Notes: generated from the sequence alone by a model not told the origin. A stretch of DNA of 64,000 nucleotides from Porphyridium purpureum (GCA_008690995.1 VRMN01000006.1:186001-250000), one strand, 5' to 3'. Shown: positions 1 to 11,090, numbered from the stretch's first letter. Numbers and translations: made by a program.

Positions 1-670
1 AATTTTGAATTTTCTCACCGCGCACTTCGAGCTCGCGTGGGCGGCAAACCTTGTCCCGCGCGTCAGCAAACAAGCCATAGATCTCTTCGCGGACAAAAAG
101 TGATAGTAAGGGCCACCCAGACGATGACACACAGAACGGAAGATTCCCGAGACCTAAGAGAAGGCCCAATAACTCGGTCATCCTAGGCAGTGTTCGATCT
201 GATGACGCCATTCTCTTATCATGGACGTCTCCGCTCCTGGTTCCCGAGAAGAGGGCGTGGAAAAACCACCGCAACGCTCGAATCGGGTACAAGCAGACAA
301 AGCACGATAACAACATTCGGCCTTCAGCTGTCGGATTCTCGGGTGCTCTGCAAGCATAGTTGCACAGCCTGGTCAGTGTCAAGCGGAATTCCTTCTCTTC
401 GTGGACATTAAGTATTTCCCTGTCCTCGGCACCGCCGCTAACTTTCCACAAGCTTTCTGCATACAGATTGACCTCGTCGCGACTTGTCAACACTTTCATC
501 ATGTACTCCACGACACGCGCGTCTTCGCCGGGCTTGTCGTGCGCGCCTGCTGCCAGCCTTTGCCATGCCTGCTCGTTCGCCGCTTTGTCCTCACTGCGTC
601 CCCATTTATGCAGCAAGGCGCGTTGAATCTCGCGGTGCGCTCCGCTGAGTCCAAGAAGCTCGTCCTGCAT
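1..670 (-). CDS. Hypothetical protein, 3'-truncated by the window edge
   Basis: Manual translation: ATG at 670 opens a frame (MQDELLGLSGAHREIQRALLHKWG...) with no stop down to position 1. It is absent from the ORF track because it has no stop. No family recognised. Confidence 0.5.
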   Translation of the reverse strand, partial: MQDELLGLSGAHREIQRALLHKWGRSEDKAANEQAWQRLAAGAHDKPGEDARVVEYMMKVLTSRDEVNLYAESLWKVSGGAEDREILNVHEEKEFRLTLTRLCNYACRAPENPTAEGRMLLSCFVCLYPIRALRWFFHALFSGTRSGDVHDKRMASSDRTLPRMTELLGLLLGLGNLPFCVSSSGWPLLSLFVREEIYGLFADARDKVCRPRELEVRGEKIQN

Positions 671-1336
671 CCCGAGCCCACGGAGCCGTGGCCTAGCAAA
701 GCAGGATCGGCGAAGCCAAGCATGCGTCTGAAGTCGTGCCAGATAATCTTATCCACGTGTGCCCCAGTCAGTCCATCGGAGCACGTGGTGGTGAGTCCTG
801 GAGCTTCTCGTTTGTCACGCGTCGCGCAATGTGATCGTCCGTCTGCAGCACTTGTTCTCTTGCGCCACAAATCTGGCGCATCGAGCGCCCGAGCGGCTGA
901 ACAGCGGCGCTGTCAAGGAGGGGACAGAGGCCGATGCCCCATACCGTGCGTGCACGCATTCAGTGGCGGCTGAGCGCGCAGTACTGGAGTTCGGCTCGGA
1001 AACCGGCGTGATGGGAATGGGCGGGAGTGATGATGCGGACGTACACGACGTCTCCGGCTGGGTGCCAGCTAGTGCATTCGGTGCTCAGTGTGCCGCAGTG
1101 AAGCTTAACTTGGCTTCTGGCATTACACATGCATGTGCAAGAGTGTGACATACTGTTGGCCATCGAGACTATGTGGCTTCAGGAGTTGTTTAACCCGCCT
1201 GCCTACATGATACACACAGCGCTTCAAATAATGCGCGCTGATTCCAGGAGGGGGTTTCCGGGACATCGCCACTCGGCTGAAACTTTCTGCATAACCTTGC
1301 TATGTACATACAAACCCGCGATCAGTGGTTTTGCTC

Positions 1337-3911
1337 CTACTCCGGCTCTTGTCCATTCGTCTCCGTTGCTTCGTTGGCCTCTATTTCTTCGCGCAACATC
1401 GCAGTCAGGATTTCATCCGCCAGCTCTACTATGGACATGTTTCTGGCGTTCGCTGCCATACGCATTCTTTGGATTGTGCGTACTTGAAGCGCAAGGCGAG
1501 GATCGGAGCCTGTGTCCGCATTCCCGTTTCCTTCACGAGGTGCGTTCTTTTCTTTCCTTGTCCGGAGACTATTGTTGGAGCGTGACCCACCGAAATCCAT
1601 TGTTGAACAGAAATCACCAAACGATAGGTCAGGCGAGGATGCGGTCGCGTGTAGCCAGTTCTTAAGAATTGGCTCCAGGCTCGCCAAAAGATCGTCTTCA
1701 GCCAAGGATTCATGCCAAAGTAACCCGGCTCGGTCGCCGGCGGAAGATCCACCCAAGTAGACATCGAACGTTGGCCCATTTTCGCTTGCGAGTTGTCGTT
1801 GCAATAAACCGATCTCCCCGAGCGCACACACCCCTCGCGCAGACCTTCTCAAGTCAGAATATTCGAGCTTGACCGTCACTGGCCGAAGCTGAATGGAAGG
1901 CGTCTGCCTCGCCTGGTCAGCCGCCCAAGCATTCAAGCGTTTCATCACCGAGTTCAGTGAGATATGCGCAGCCTGCACGGCCGCTGGAGCGGCCGCTTTC
2001 ATGCCGTTCAGTGTACAAACAAAGGGCATGGACTCCCGATCCTCTTCCATCGATGGCGCTGGCGTGAACGGAAATGTGCCGTGAAATTTGATGTTGTACT
2101 CACCGAGCAACGCATCAATGTTCCGCAGTTCTGCTTCCTTGAAATTCCGGAAAATGAAATCCAGCGAGCATTTGGACGGCAAAACCTGAATCTCAAGATC
2201 ATAGACGTCAAGAAGCCGGCGAATGGCGCTCAAAATGCGCTGCTCGCCTGCATCCGAAATACCATCAGAGCCATCGAGCATCATGCGAAAACAATGGACT
2301 TCACGACTATACGGGGTACCGGGGATCCAACCACACGTGAAGCTAGCAGAATCCGAAACCGCAGAAGGTTCCGCGATATGACCCGACTCGACAGCTCCGC
2401 GCCACGACTCCAATTTTACACCACGCGCTATCAGTACTCTCCGTAACTTCTCAGGGGTAAATTTTTCCACGATGGAGAGCAGATCACATTCGGGGGATAG
2501 ATCACCGAGGGCGGCAATGAGAGTCAATACATCCGACTCGGTCTCCACAAAGCCCAAATGAGCGACATTCAAGCGGCCATCATGGGGCTTCCAAGCTGGA
2601 TTTTCGGTCAGAAGAGCGGCACCAAGTACCACATTGTATCCAAGCAGAGAGCCCTGGGCAGCTGGATCTGCGTCGAGAAGCGCAAGAAGGCCTAGATCAC
2701 AGGCGTAAATGTCTACACTGGTATCCATGTCTGGTGCACCAAACCGCACCGTCAGTATGGCGTGAGTGCCTGCCGACCGCAGAACGGTCCGCCGCTCATC
2801 CGCGCTTGATTCTGATCGCATGAGCAACTCAGTCCCACGCCATACCTCAAGATGGACACCTGTTGGTTGAAGCCGATGAGATAAGGACTGAAATGAGTCA
2901 AGGCACGATGGAGGTGACGTACGCAGAGAATACCAGCTCAGACATTCAGGCACGTGGCTCACACTCCGATTCGCGTCCCCTCCCTGCTGCGACGTGGTCG
3001 CCTCGCACAGCATGTCTACGTCGTTATCGAGCAAGGCGTTCATCTCATCGCCCGTAAGCCCATTCAAGAGAAGGCTTCCGTCTGGTGAAGTGGACAGCGT
3101 GACTTTGTTTCCCAGGCTTTCCGAAAGCGAGCAAAGGCGCTTAAAGAGAGCCGCGGGATAGACACTATCTCGCGTGATCACGCGCAGAGCATAGCCTTCT
3201 TTAGAAGATGGTAGTCTCTTCCGAACGCTACCCTCTGAATCCAGCTCTGATGCTTGCACAGCCAGAAGGTTGCTTCTGCTCGTGTCGCTGTGACGTTTGG
3301 ATCGCCATTGAGACTGCAGCGCAAGTACAGTAGCATGAAGTAAAGGGGAGGAATAAGAATATCCGCAAAGACGCATGAGGTCAGTTACCGTACGACACAT
3401 CTACGTGTTACGTGCTCATCAAGGAAGAGCCCAACGATGAGAACTTGAGTCCTGTATGGTTTGCCTCGAACAATCATTGCCGGCAGGCTATGCCAAGATA
3501 TGGGATATACAGGTCGGCCAAGTAAAACCCCACAAGGGGTATGGCCGTTGCTCTAAGGCGTAAGAGTTGCGAACTATACACCACATGATACTGAAGCATA
3601 CATCGCATGCCAGCAGGTGCTTCGTCACTCAAGTGGGAGTAGCCCTTCCGTTCGACGGGAAAGGATTACCCCGCCTATACACGACCGTCAAGCTCGCGAT
3701 CAGTCTTGACTGCAGGTGTCCGCGTCCACCAACCCATCCCATCCACGATCGAACTCTAGCTTACCTGTGTGCCTCGCACTCGTGCACCGGGTGACGACGG
3801 CCGTGCCGTCGCGGCCCATATCGCGCGGCGCCGCAGCTGCGGCTCACGCACCGGCTTACCGCGCTGGATCTGGCGCTCCAGCACCACACTAGATGGTGCG
3901 ACAAACGCCAT
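1337..3911 (-). CDS. Degenerate ferredoxin-sulfite reductase (SiR)-like protein with C-terminal ribbon-helix-helix; putative exon 1 3765..3911, putative intron 3401..3764, main exon 1337..3400
   Basis: The 687-aa ORF is colinear with plant/cyanobacterial SiR: YALRVITRDSVYPAALFKRLCSLSESLG, SVDIYACDLG..GYNVVLG, FDVYLGGS..LEPILKNW..SFGDFC. The cofactor Cys motifs are absent. An upstream MAFVAPSS... exon ends in CAG|GTAAGC and joins in phase 0 to CGTAG|ATG at 3400. Confidence 0.75.
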
Positions 3912-5280
3912 ACCTAAACATACAGCGCCCACATCCACTCCTACATTCTCTTCACCACGCCCCCATCGCCACCGCCACTCTCACGTACGCGTCGTCCGCT
4001 CGCCGTCGCACCGGCCGCACGCGCGCGCGGAACAGGCCACAAGAGGTACAGCGACACTGTACTTCTGCGACTCGGTTCGCGCCGAATACAGGTTCGGCGC
4101 CGCGTGCCGCGGCTGCGCGACTGTGCAGCGGCGCGCCTGCTGCCTGATATCCGCGGGCGCGGACCATGGCGCCATGTGACTGTTGTGCCTCTGCCGCGAA
4201 ACGCCGCGAGTAGCAGCGGTCCGTCTGGAAAGAGAGCCGCTGCGCTCGAGTTCGGCGAATGAGGTGCTGAATACCTGCCGACAGCAACAGTGCCTGCGCG
4301 CTGGCTGCCATGTTGGCTGCACTGGACGCTGTGCTTTGGGCTGGGCACGACGAGAATTGGAGCTTGAGCTCGCGCTGAGCGATGTTGCGTCCAGAGACAG
4401 AAAAGGCACGACTGGTCTTTGGCAGGTGCAAGGAGGAAAAATGCCTCGGTTTCAGTCCTGCGGCTGTAGAAGTCTTTTTGGCACGTCCGAAACGCGCGGG
4501 CGCGCGGCATTTCACCCGGGGCCGCTTGCTGGGCGTCGAGCCGGCCTGGTCAGACCCAACCGCTCCGGCGCCAAGAGGACAAACAGCGGAATCACGGCAA
4601 AGTCCTCACGGCGTAATGTCGCGACTGGGCACCGCGCTGGACTGCGACCGCACCCGCAAAACGCCCGGGAACGGTCCAAGCGGACCACGCACGACGCATG
4701 CCATCCGACCGTCAGTAGCACGCATGCGTCTCGGGCGCCTTGCACACGCTAAAGTATATCGTCTGTCAAGTCGAAGACAAAGCGGCGTATCCGTGTCTGC
4801 TGATGAAGCTGGCTCTTGCTTGGATCGGTCCGGGAATCAGGTACAAGAGTAAGGTGGCGATTTTCGACATCGGGAGACAGCGAGTTCCGGCGGGAAGGAG
4901 AACGACAAGGGGTTTGACACGTGAGGGACAAGGCGTGATTTCTGGACAGTGATTGTTATGCCGAAGCGTCGAGGTAAAGATTGATTTCCGTGAGACGTGT
5001 GGACGCGCAAAGTGTTGGGTCAAAATCACCAGCGCCCGCGAGGGGGTCGATACGCTGGAGGTTTTGATTTGGGACGGTGAATTGGATGGAGTACGATGGC
5101 GACAAAGGTCCTTGGAGCAAGGCGGCATGGAGAGAGTTTGGCGATGAGAGCAGCAGTGGGCAGCTGATCGGAATGCTAAACTCTTGCCCGGGGGAATATG
5201 ATGCGGAGAGGGGCAACAATGTCGATGCGGAAAAAAGGCAAAGTCGCGACCTAACGTCGCGTCCACGAGGCGGCCTTAGA

Positions 5281-6864
5281 ATGAGACTGTTTGCGAGTCT
5301 CTTGTTTGTTTTTCTTCTTTCAATTGCATCAGGAACTACTTTGATGTGGATTCAGCAAAGTGCTAGTCTCGTTGTGAGTGTTCACGCTGTGCATGAACAG
5401 ACTATGGCAGGTATGTTAGAGAACACCGTGGCGCAAGGTGATGAACATCTGTCCGCGACAACACATTTGCTAGTTATCAAGAAACCAGGGGACACGGCCA
5501 GCAGCCGTCTACAACGGACATTGCGGAGTGACCGCGAGTCACCGCGCAATAACTCCGTACCTGGTGCACAAGAAGGTATGAGCGGTGCAGATGCGACGCG
5601 CCGCCAAGCAAAGGAAGACGTTCGGCAGGGGCAAGAAGACCCGGAATCGCAGCACCTCGTGACTGTGAAGGTCATAGCAGGTCCGGATAGTGTGAATTTG
5701 GACAAACTTGAGGAAAGCAAGATAGCGGCAAGCCCACGCTACGTGACTGCCGATCTCAATGAACTCCATGCTGTGCGAGCTGCTCTGAGCGAAGGGAGCG
5801 TGGTAAATAATGAGCCTGATGGCGTCGGGGAAAAGTCCAGCAGCGTGACAGGGGCTTCACTTGAGACCCGGGTCCGCCATGTGTTGAATGAGGTTCGGGA
5901 ACCTCCAAGCAAATCAGTCTTGCTTCGCCCTCAACCCACGGCAGGCATTGGAGTCGGCCTGGCAAAATCGTTTAGACGTAGTCTTGGGTCTGAGAATGTA
6001 GTGGCAGATCCTGTGAAGGCAGAGACACGCGCCGCGAAAAGTCAGGGCTTTGCGGGATTGTCCAGTCCCACTGGAGCAATGCGCAAACGAGCAGCGTGTG
6101 CGCACAGGGCCTTGAAATTTACGAAAAGGTCGTGTGGGTACAAGTCCGGACTGCGGATGTTGGGCGACAAGGTGTATGGTGGGTGGAAAATGTGTGTGGA
6201 GGGTATTCACGAAATGGCGAAAGAGCAGCGCGAAGCGCTCGTTGTCTACGGTTTCGGGGTTGGCTTTGACACGTCGTGGGACGAAGCGCTCATGTCCCAG
6301 TACGGCTTGAACGTCCATGCGTTTGATCCCACGCCGAGGTCGCTCGAGTATGTTCGTGGGCGGAAAGAACTTCAGACGCCGTTGTTTCATCACAGCGCCG
6401 TGGGTTTGGGCACGACGAACCGAAATGAAACGTGGTATGAGCCGCGGAAGGGACGGTGGGAGGCGTCCAACAGCAAATACAACCACCTGAAGGACGGCAT
6501 TGCGCACGAAGTGGAAGTCAAGACGCTGAAGACACTGATGCAGGAGCGCGGTCACACGCACATTGACGTGCTGAAAATTGACATTGAGGGAGCGGAGTAC
6601 GAGGTGCTGGTTGACCTTCTGAAGGATGGCGGATGCCTGCCGACGAACCAGCTTCTGATGGAGACGCACTCGTACCAAATGAAGCAGCTGTGGAAAGCTC
6701 ACGGAGAAACCGTGGCGCTCCTTGAGCAGGCTGGGTTCAGGCTTGTGTTCGCAGGCCCAGGCAATCACGAGCACACGTGGATTCGTTTTCTTGACAGATC
6801 GAGGATGAGGGATCATCCAGGAAAAAGTCATGGGGACATGAATCAAAGCAAGGTGATATCGTGA
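5281..6864 (+). CDS. FkbM/Methyltransf_22-like SAM-dependent methyltransferase, type II membrane protein (copy 1)
   Basis: N-terminal TM (LFASLLFVFLLSIA), long stem, then YGGWKMC, VYGFGVGFDTSWD, VHAFDP and HIDVLKIDIEGAEY motifs. Start placed at MRLF; the ORF is open from 5077. Confidence 0.85.
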   Translation: MRLFASLLFVFLLSIASGTTLMWIQQSASLVVSVHAVHEQTMAGMLENTVAQGDEHLSATTHLLVIKKPGDTASSRLQRTLRSDRESPRNNSVPGAQEGMSGADATRRQAKEDVRQGQEDPESQHLVTVKVIAGPDSVNLDKLEESKIAASPRYVTADLNELHAVRAALSEGSVVNNEPDGVGEKSSSVTGASLETRVRHVLNEVREPPSKSVLLRPQPTAGIGVGLAKSFRRSLGSENVVADPVKAETRAAKSQGFAGLSSPTGAMRKRAACAHRALKFTKRSCGYKSGLRMLGDKVYGGWKMCVEGIHEMAKEQREALVVYGFGVGFDTSWDEALMSQYGLNVHAFDPTPRSLEYVRGRKELQTPLFHHSAVGLGTTNRNETWYEPRKGRWEASNSKYNHLKDGIAHEVEVKTLKTLMQERGHTHIDVLKIDIEGAEYEVLVDLLKDGGCLPTNQLLMETHSYQMKQLWKAHGETVALLEQAGFRLVFAGPGNHEHTWIRFLDRSRMRDHPGKSHGDMNQSKVIS

Positions 6865-9422
6865 GTCAAAAATCAAACTACAAGCACACAAATGAAGAGA
6901 CCGATACGGCCCTTCCTTACTTTGGCAAAAGGGCTAAACACGCGCAATAATTTGCTCGGTGATGTCGTTTTGCAGAAATGGTCGTGTTGACGTACAACGT
7001 GAAGAGAGCTTTCGGCAAGCCATACATTCTATCGCGCCGCTTCGTTGAGCCTGTTAATGACGCCATGGGGAGTCCTACTTCAATTTGCAAATGGATTGTA
7101 GTTTTGCAGTCGTGGAATCTGCCGGCAATTGAGAGAGAGATCGCGAGCACGTTTCCAGAATGCTTCCTGGGCCCCTGCAAGGCGAGCGCGAGTGATCGAG
7201 AGTGCTTACCCCCACGTGTAAGCTGCAGTGCAAGTACGCCATTACTCTGATTCCCTGGTTGAATGCTTCGCTGCACTCACTCACGGTACTTCAATGCCAC
7301 ACTGTTGTACGGAGAGACGTGCTGGGTTCCTATCGACGCACGTATTCAAGTTTTCCATGAACCCCAAAACATTAACTCAAGTTCCAAGTCATGAGCGAAC
7401 TGGTGGTAAACCGGCAAGCGGACGCACGAGAAGCAGCGGGACTCCAAGCTCGTTGAGGTGCTACGAAGCACAGCCCGTCCTTATCTGTGTGCGCGCCACC
7501 GCCGCGTCTCGCGTTGTGCCTGGCTTCACGAGCACGTGCGGTCGACTGCGGCTCTCCGTTGCGACGCCTTCTCACACAGTCGTCCAAAGCCAGCGCGCTC
7601 ATTACCTACTCGCGTGAATAACTTTTCTGTCATGCCACATGAGCTCACAAGCAAGTGCGCCGCAAGGCGCCAAGCCGTTCAAGGCCCCAAGCGGAATCAC
7701 TACTGAATTGAACGGCGCTTCACAGACGGTTTAACGGCGCGCCGCATAAATTTAGACGGAGTGTACAGTGCTGAACCTCGAGTTTAAATTCAGAATCGCG
7801 GTGTGTGTTTGTGTGGCTTACAGCGCGTGTGGTCACGCGGCTATTTGTTTATCAGTAAAGCGACGCGGTTTGATATGCGATGTTTGAACTGTACCTGCTT
7901 CGAGCTCGCTCATCGTTGAAGGTTGGCGTGCATGCTTCGACGACGTGAGACAAGAGTTTGGACTGCGTTGCGTTTCGCCCTTGGCGTGCGGCTCCTCGCA
8001 CTGTCGACTCAAATGGTCGGCACGCCCAAGCGCGCGCATGGGAGAAATAAAGAGCTTTCTTCCGGCCGCCGGCGGCTGGAGCCGGCTGGCGTCCGGCTGG
8101 GCGCACCCAGCTGCGGAGTCAACCGACCCGCCCGCCCGCGTGCGGAGGTTTGCGTCCGCGAGGCCGGTCAAGATTGCCACGGCAATGTTGCTTGTCGTGG
8201 CCCTGGGTGCGCTTGTGTTCAAGCTGCACAGCATATCTTTGTCGCATGACGCCTTTCTCGCGACGTTCGGGAATCATCATCGGTTTCTCGCGGACATCGG
8301 AGCCGTGGCGGCTGTGGGCGGCGAGGGGCTGAGCTCCGACGGCGCGCCCCAGGATAATGAAGCCCCGGACAAAAAGCACGTGGAAGTGGATAAAGCACAG
8401 ACGGTGAAAAACACAGAACCCCTCGGAATAGACAGCAGTCGCACGTCTGGAGGGTTGATCCATGTCTCATCGAAACGCGCTGATATTCAAAGCAATCGGG
8501 GAGCTGTAGAACATACTCAGGCGCAGAAAGACGGAGCACTTGATCAGCCTGCAGTTCCAAGCAACATCTCATCCGTCAAGACTAACAGAGACCATATTGA
8601 CGATATAGAAGTGCGACAAGGCGAAAGCAGAGTCGCGGCTCCAGTTTTGAACGAGTCAAAGTTGTCACGCGCAGATTCGCCGAGCGAGTTGGCCGGATCC
8701 GATGCAAGCAGAATGCAACCTTTGCGCCAAACATGCGCCGAGGAAGCATTGTCCTTCAGAAAGTGGCCGTGTGAGCAAAAGGGAGGACTGCGGATGTTGG
8801 GCGACAAGGTGTATGGTGGGTGGAAAATGTGTGTGGAGGGTATTCACGAAATGGCGAAAGAGCAGCGCGAAGCGCTCGTTGTCTACGGTTTTGGGATTGG
8901 CTTTGACACGTCGTGGGACGAAGCGCTCATGTCCCAGTACGGCTTGAACGTCCATGCGTTTGATCCCACGCCGAGGTCGCTCGAGTATGTTCGTGGGCGG
9001 AAAGAACTTCAGACGCCGTTGTTTCATCACAGCGCCGTGGGTTTGGGCACGACGAACCGAAATGAAACGTGGTATGAGCCGCGGAAGGGACGGTGGGAGG
9101 CGTCCAACAGCAAATACAACCACCTGAAGGACGGTATTGCGCACGAAGTGGAAGTCAAGACGCTGAAGACACTGATGCAGGAGCGAGGTCACACGCACAT
9201 TGACGTGCTGAAAATTGACATTGAGGGAGCGGAGTACGAGGTGCTGGTTGACCTTCTGAAGGATGGCGGATGCCTGCCGACGAACCAGCTTCTGATGGAG
9301 ACGCACTCGTACCAAATGAAGCAGCTGTGGAAAGCTCACGGAGAAACCGTGGCGCTCCTTGAGCAGGCTGGGTTCAGGCTTGTGTTCGCAGGCCCGGGAG
9401 ATCATGAGCACACGTGGATTCG
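6148..9422 (+). repeat. Direct repeat of about 640 bp (6148..6785 and 8785..9422) covering the methyltransferase catalytic domain
   Basis: Copies align at an offset of 2637 with roughly 8 mismatches counted by eye. Confidence 0.95.
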
Positions 9423-9471
9423 CTTCGAAGAGGAGAAAGGAGAAAAGACGAATCAGAAGGATTCTGTTTGA
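8038..9471 (+). CDS. FkbM/Methyltransf_22-like methyltransferase, type II membrane protein (copy 2)
   Basis: TM IATAMLLVVALGALVF. The catalytic domain is almost identical to copy 1, but the stem differs. Confidence 0.85.
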   Translation: MGEIKSFLPAAGGWSRLASGWAHPAAESTDPPARVRRFASARPVKIATAMLLVVALGALVFKLHSISLSHDAFLATFGNHHRFLADIGAVAAVGGEGLSSDGAPQDNEAPDKKHVEVDKAQTVKNTEPLGIDSSRTSGGLIHVSSKRADIQSNRGAVEHTQAQKDGALDQPAVPSNISSVKTNRDHIDDIEVRQGESRVAAPVLNESKLSRADSPSELAGSDASRMQPLRQTCAEEALSFRKWPCEQKGGLRMLGDKVYGGWKMCVEGIHEMAKEQREALVVYGFGIGFDTSWDEALMSQYGLNVHAFDPTPRSLEYVRGRKELQTPLFHHSAVGLGTTNRNETWYEPRKGRWEASNSKYNHLKDGIAHEVEVKTLKTLMQERGHTHIDVLKIDIEGAEYEVLVDLLKDGGCLPTNQLLMETHSYQMKQLWKAHGETVALLEQAGFRLVFAGPGDHEHTWIRFEEEKGEKTNQKDSV

Positions 9472-9826
9472 CCAGAGCGCTCCTGTTGCCGCCAAGTCTT
9501 TTATCCCACACTTGCACCCGTGTACATGCCTTACGTGGCGACGTGTATCGGTCCACTTTCCGTCCTTTAGCGGAACCCGCTTAAATCATCAAGGATAGAC
9601 GCATATCTCGACCAATGAACATTATGGTGTAGGACGTTTTTGCTTCTTCCGGTGCGATCGATGCCGCTAGCTTGAGGTCCGTCTGCGAGCGCCTCTCCCA
9701 TCTTTGCAAGACAGACACACACGCGGACACGCCTTTACCACTCATTCGTGATGACGTTCCCAAAAATTAGAGGTTGGACGTGAGGAGAAGGCATCATTGG
9801 CGTGAGGGGCGCGTACCACCGAGCGA

Positions 9827-10921
9827 ATGGCGCCCGCGCTGCAGCCTTCAAGGCTTTTGGCAGGTGTGTGCGTGTTCCTGTTCGGTTTGGCTCTGGGTAG
9901 CGTTCTATCATCTGCTCTGCGCGCTCATGAGGTGAGGCATGCGATCGAGATCAGGACTGGCCCCGGACTGGCTCACGGCTTTGCGCCCGCGCCAGACAAC
10001 GTCAAGCTCATGCGCCCGGCTGACATGATAACATTCAAGTCCTCGGAAACACATCCACGGCAAAGCCAATCGTCAAGACAAGATGGTCGAGTGGACGTCA
10101 AGGAATTGGTTAAACGTGGCGCAGTCAAAGTGTCAAGTATGAACGCATCAAGTGCGTCACGCGCCTCGGGCGCGACGAGCCGTAGTGACGGCGCTTCACA
10201 AGCGAGTAAAGATTCTCCCAAGTGCGCGCAAGGTGCGTTGCAGTTTAGCAAGCGAGACTGCTCGGATGAGAAGAATCTCGTCTGGGTCGGGAATCCTACA
10301 TATGGCGGTTGGAAAGTGTGCATGACGAGCATTCGAAACATGCCGCGAAAAAAGCGTAAAGGGCTTGTCGTGTACGGATTTGGTGTCGGAACAAACACGT
10401 CTTGGGATGAAGCATTAATTAATGACTATGGTGTTCCCGTGCACGCCTTTGACCCGACACCGAAATCAATCGCGTACGTGCAGAATCGCGAGGAGCTTCA
10501 GACACCCATGTTCAAGTTTAGCGCTGTAGGCATCGGTGACGCAGACCGTGAGGAGACTTGGAATATTCCGCGAAGAAGTGTGTCGCAGAGTAAGTACAAC
10601 CACCAGGATAGCGGCATGAGCACGGAGGTTGAAGTGAGAAGTCTGACATCGATCATGAAGGAACGAGGCCACACATACCTCGATATCTGTAAGATTGACG
10701 TGGAAGGGGCAGAATACGAGGTGCTAATCAGCCTGCTGGAGGACGGCGGGTGTCTACCGACCAACCAGCTGCTCATGGAAACACACTCCTACCAGGTCGC
10801 CGGACTGCAGAGCGCTCACGTCAAGACAAAGGCTCTTTTGGGGAAGGCGGGTTTCAAGCTTGTCAGCGCTGGCATTGGAGGCCACGAGCACACATGGATC
10901 CGCTTTCAATCGCGGCCTTGA
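9827..10921 (+). CDS. FkbM/Methyltransf_22-like methyltransferase, type II membrane protein (copy 3, older paralog)
   Basis: TM LLAGVCVFLFGLALGSVL, plus YGGWKVC, VYGFGVG, VHAFDPTP, KIDVEGAEY and GGCLPTNQLLMETHSYQ shared with copies 1 and 2. Confidence 0.88.
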   Translation: MAPALQPSRLLAGVCVFLFGLALGSVLSSALRAHEVRHAIEIRTGPGLAHGFAPAPDNVKLMRPADMITFKSSETHPRQSQSSRQDGRVDVKELVKRGAVKVSSMNASSASRASGATSRSDGASQASKDSPKCAQGALQFSKRDCSDEKNLVWVGNPTYGGWKVCMTSIRNMPRKKRKGLVVYGFGVGTNTSWDEALINDYGVPVHAFDPTPKSIAYVQNREELQTPMFKFSAVGIGDADREETWNIPRRSVSQSKYNHQDSGMSTEVEVRSLTSIMKERGHTYLDICKIDVEGAEYEVLISLLEDGGCLPTNQLLMETHSYQVAGLQSAHVKTKALLGKAGFKLVSAGIGGHEHTWIRFQSRP

Positions 10922-11090
10922 GCCCCAGCGCCGTCACCCCATATCGGCCGCAACCAGTTTCCACACCACTGACTGTACTCACGGTACTGTTCGGCTACCT
11001 CGCAGATTACTCGAGGCGCACAGGCGGATGAACGCTCGTGACGGTGCGTTGTCGGTGCTCTGGTTGAAAGTTTCCTCGTCCGTGCGCACC

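Noticed and set aside
3952..5266. Cluster of 140-190 aa ORFs between the SiR-like gene and the first methyltransferase
   Set aside because: Overlapping on both strands, Arg/Ala-rich and motif-free, as expected by chance in a GC-rich divergent promoter region.
5914..9495. Long antisense ORFs 5914..6891 and 8665..9495, and similar shadows over chlD, NiR, UPM1 and the zinc-finger genes
   Set aside because: They are reverse-strand shadows of well-supported GC-rich genes and carry no recognisable motifs.
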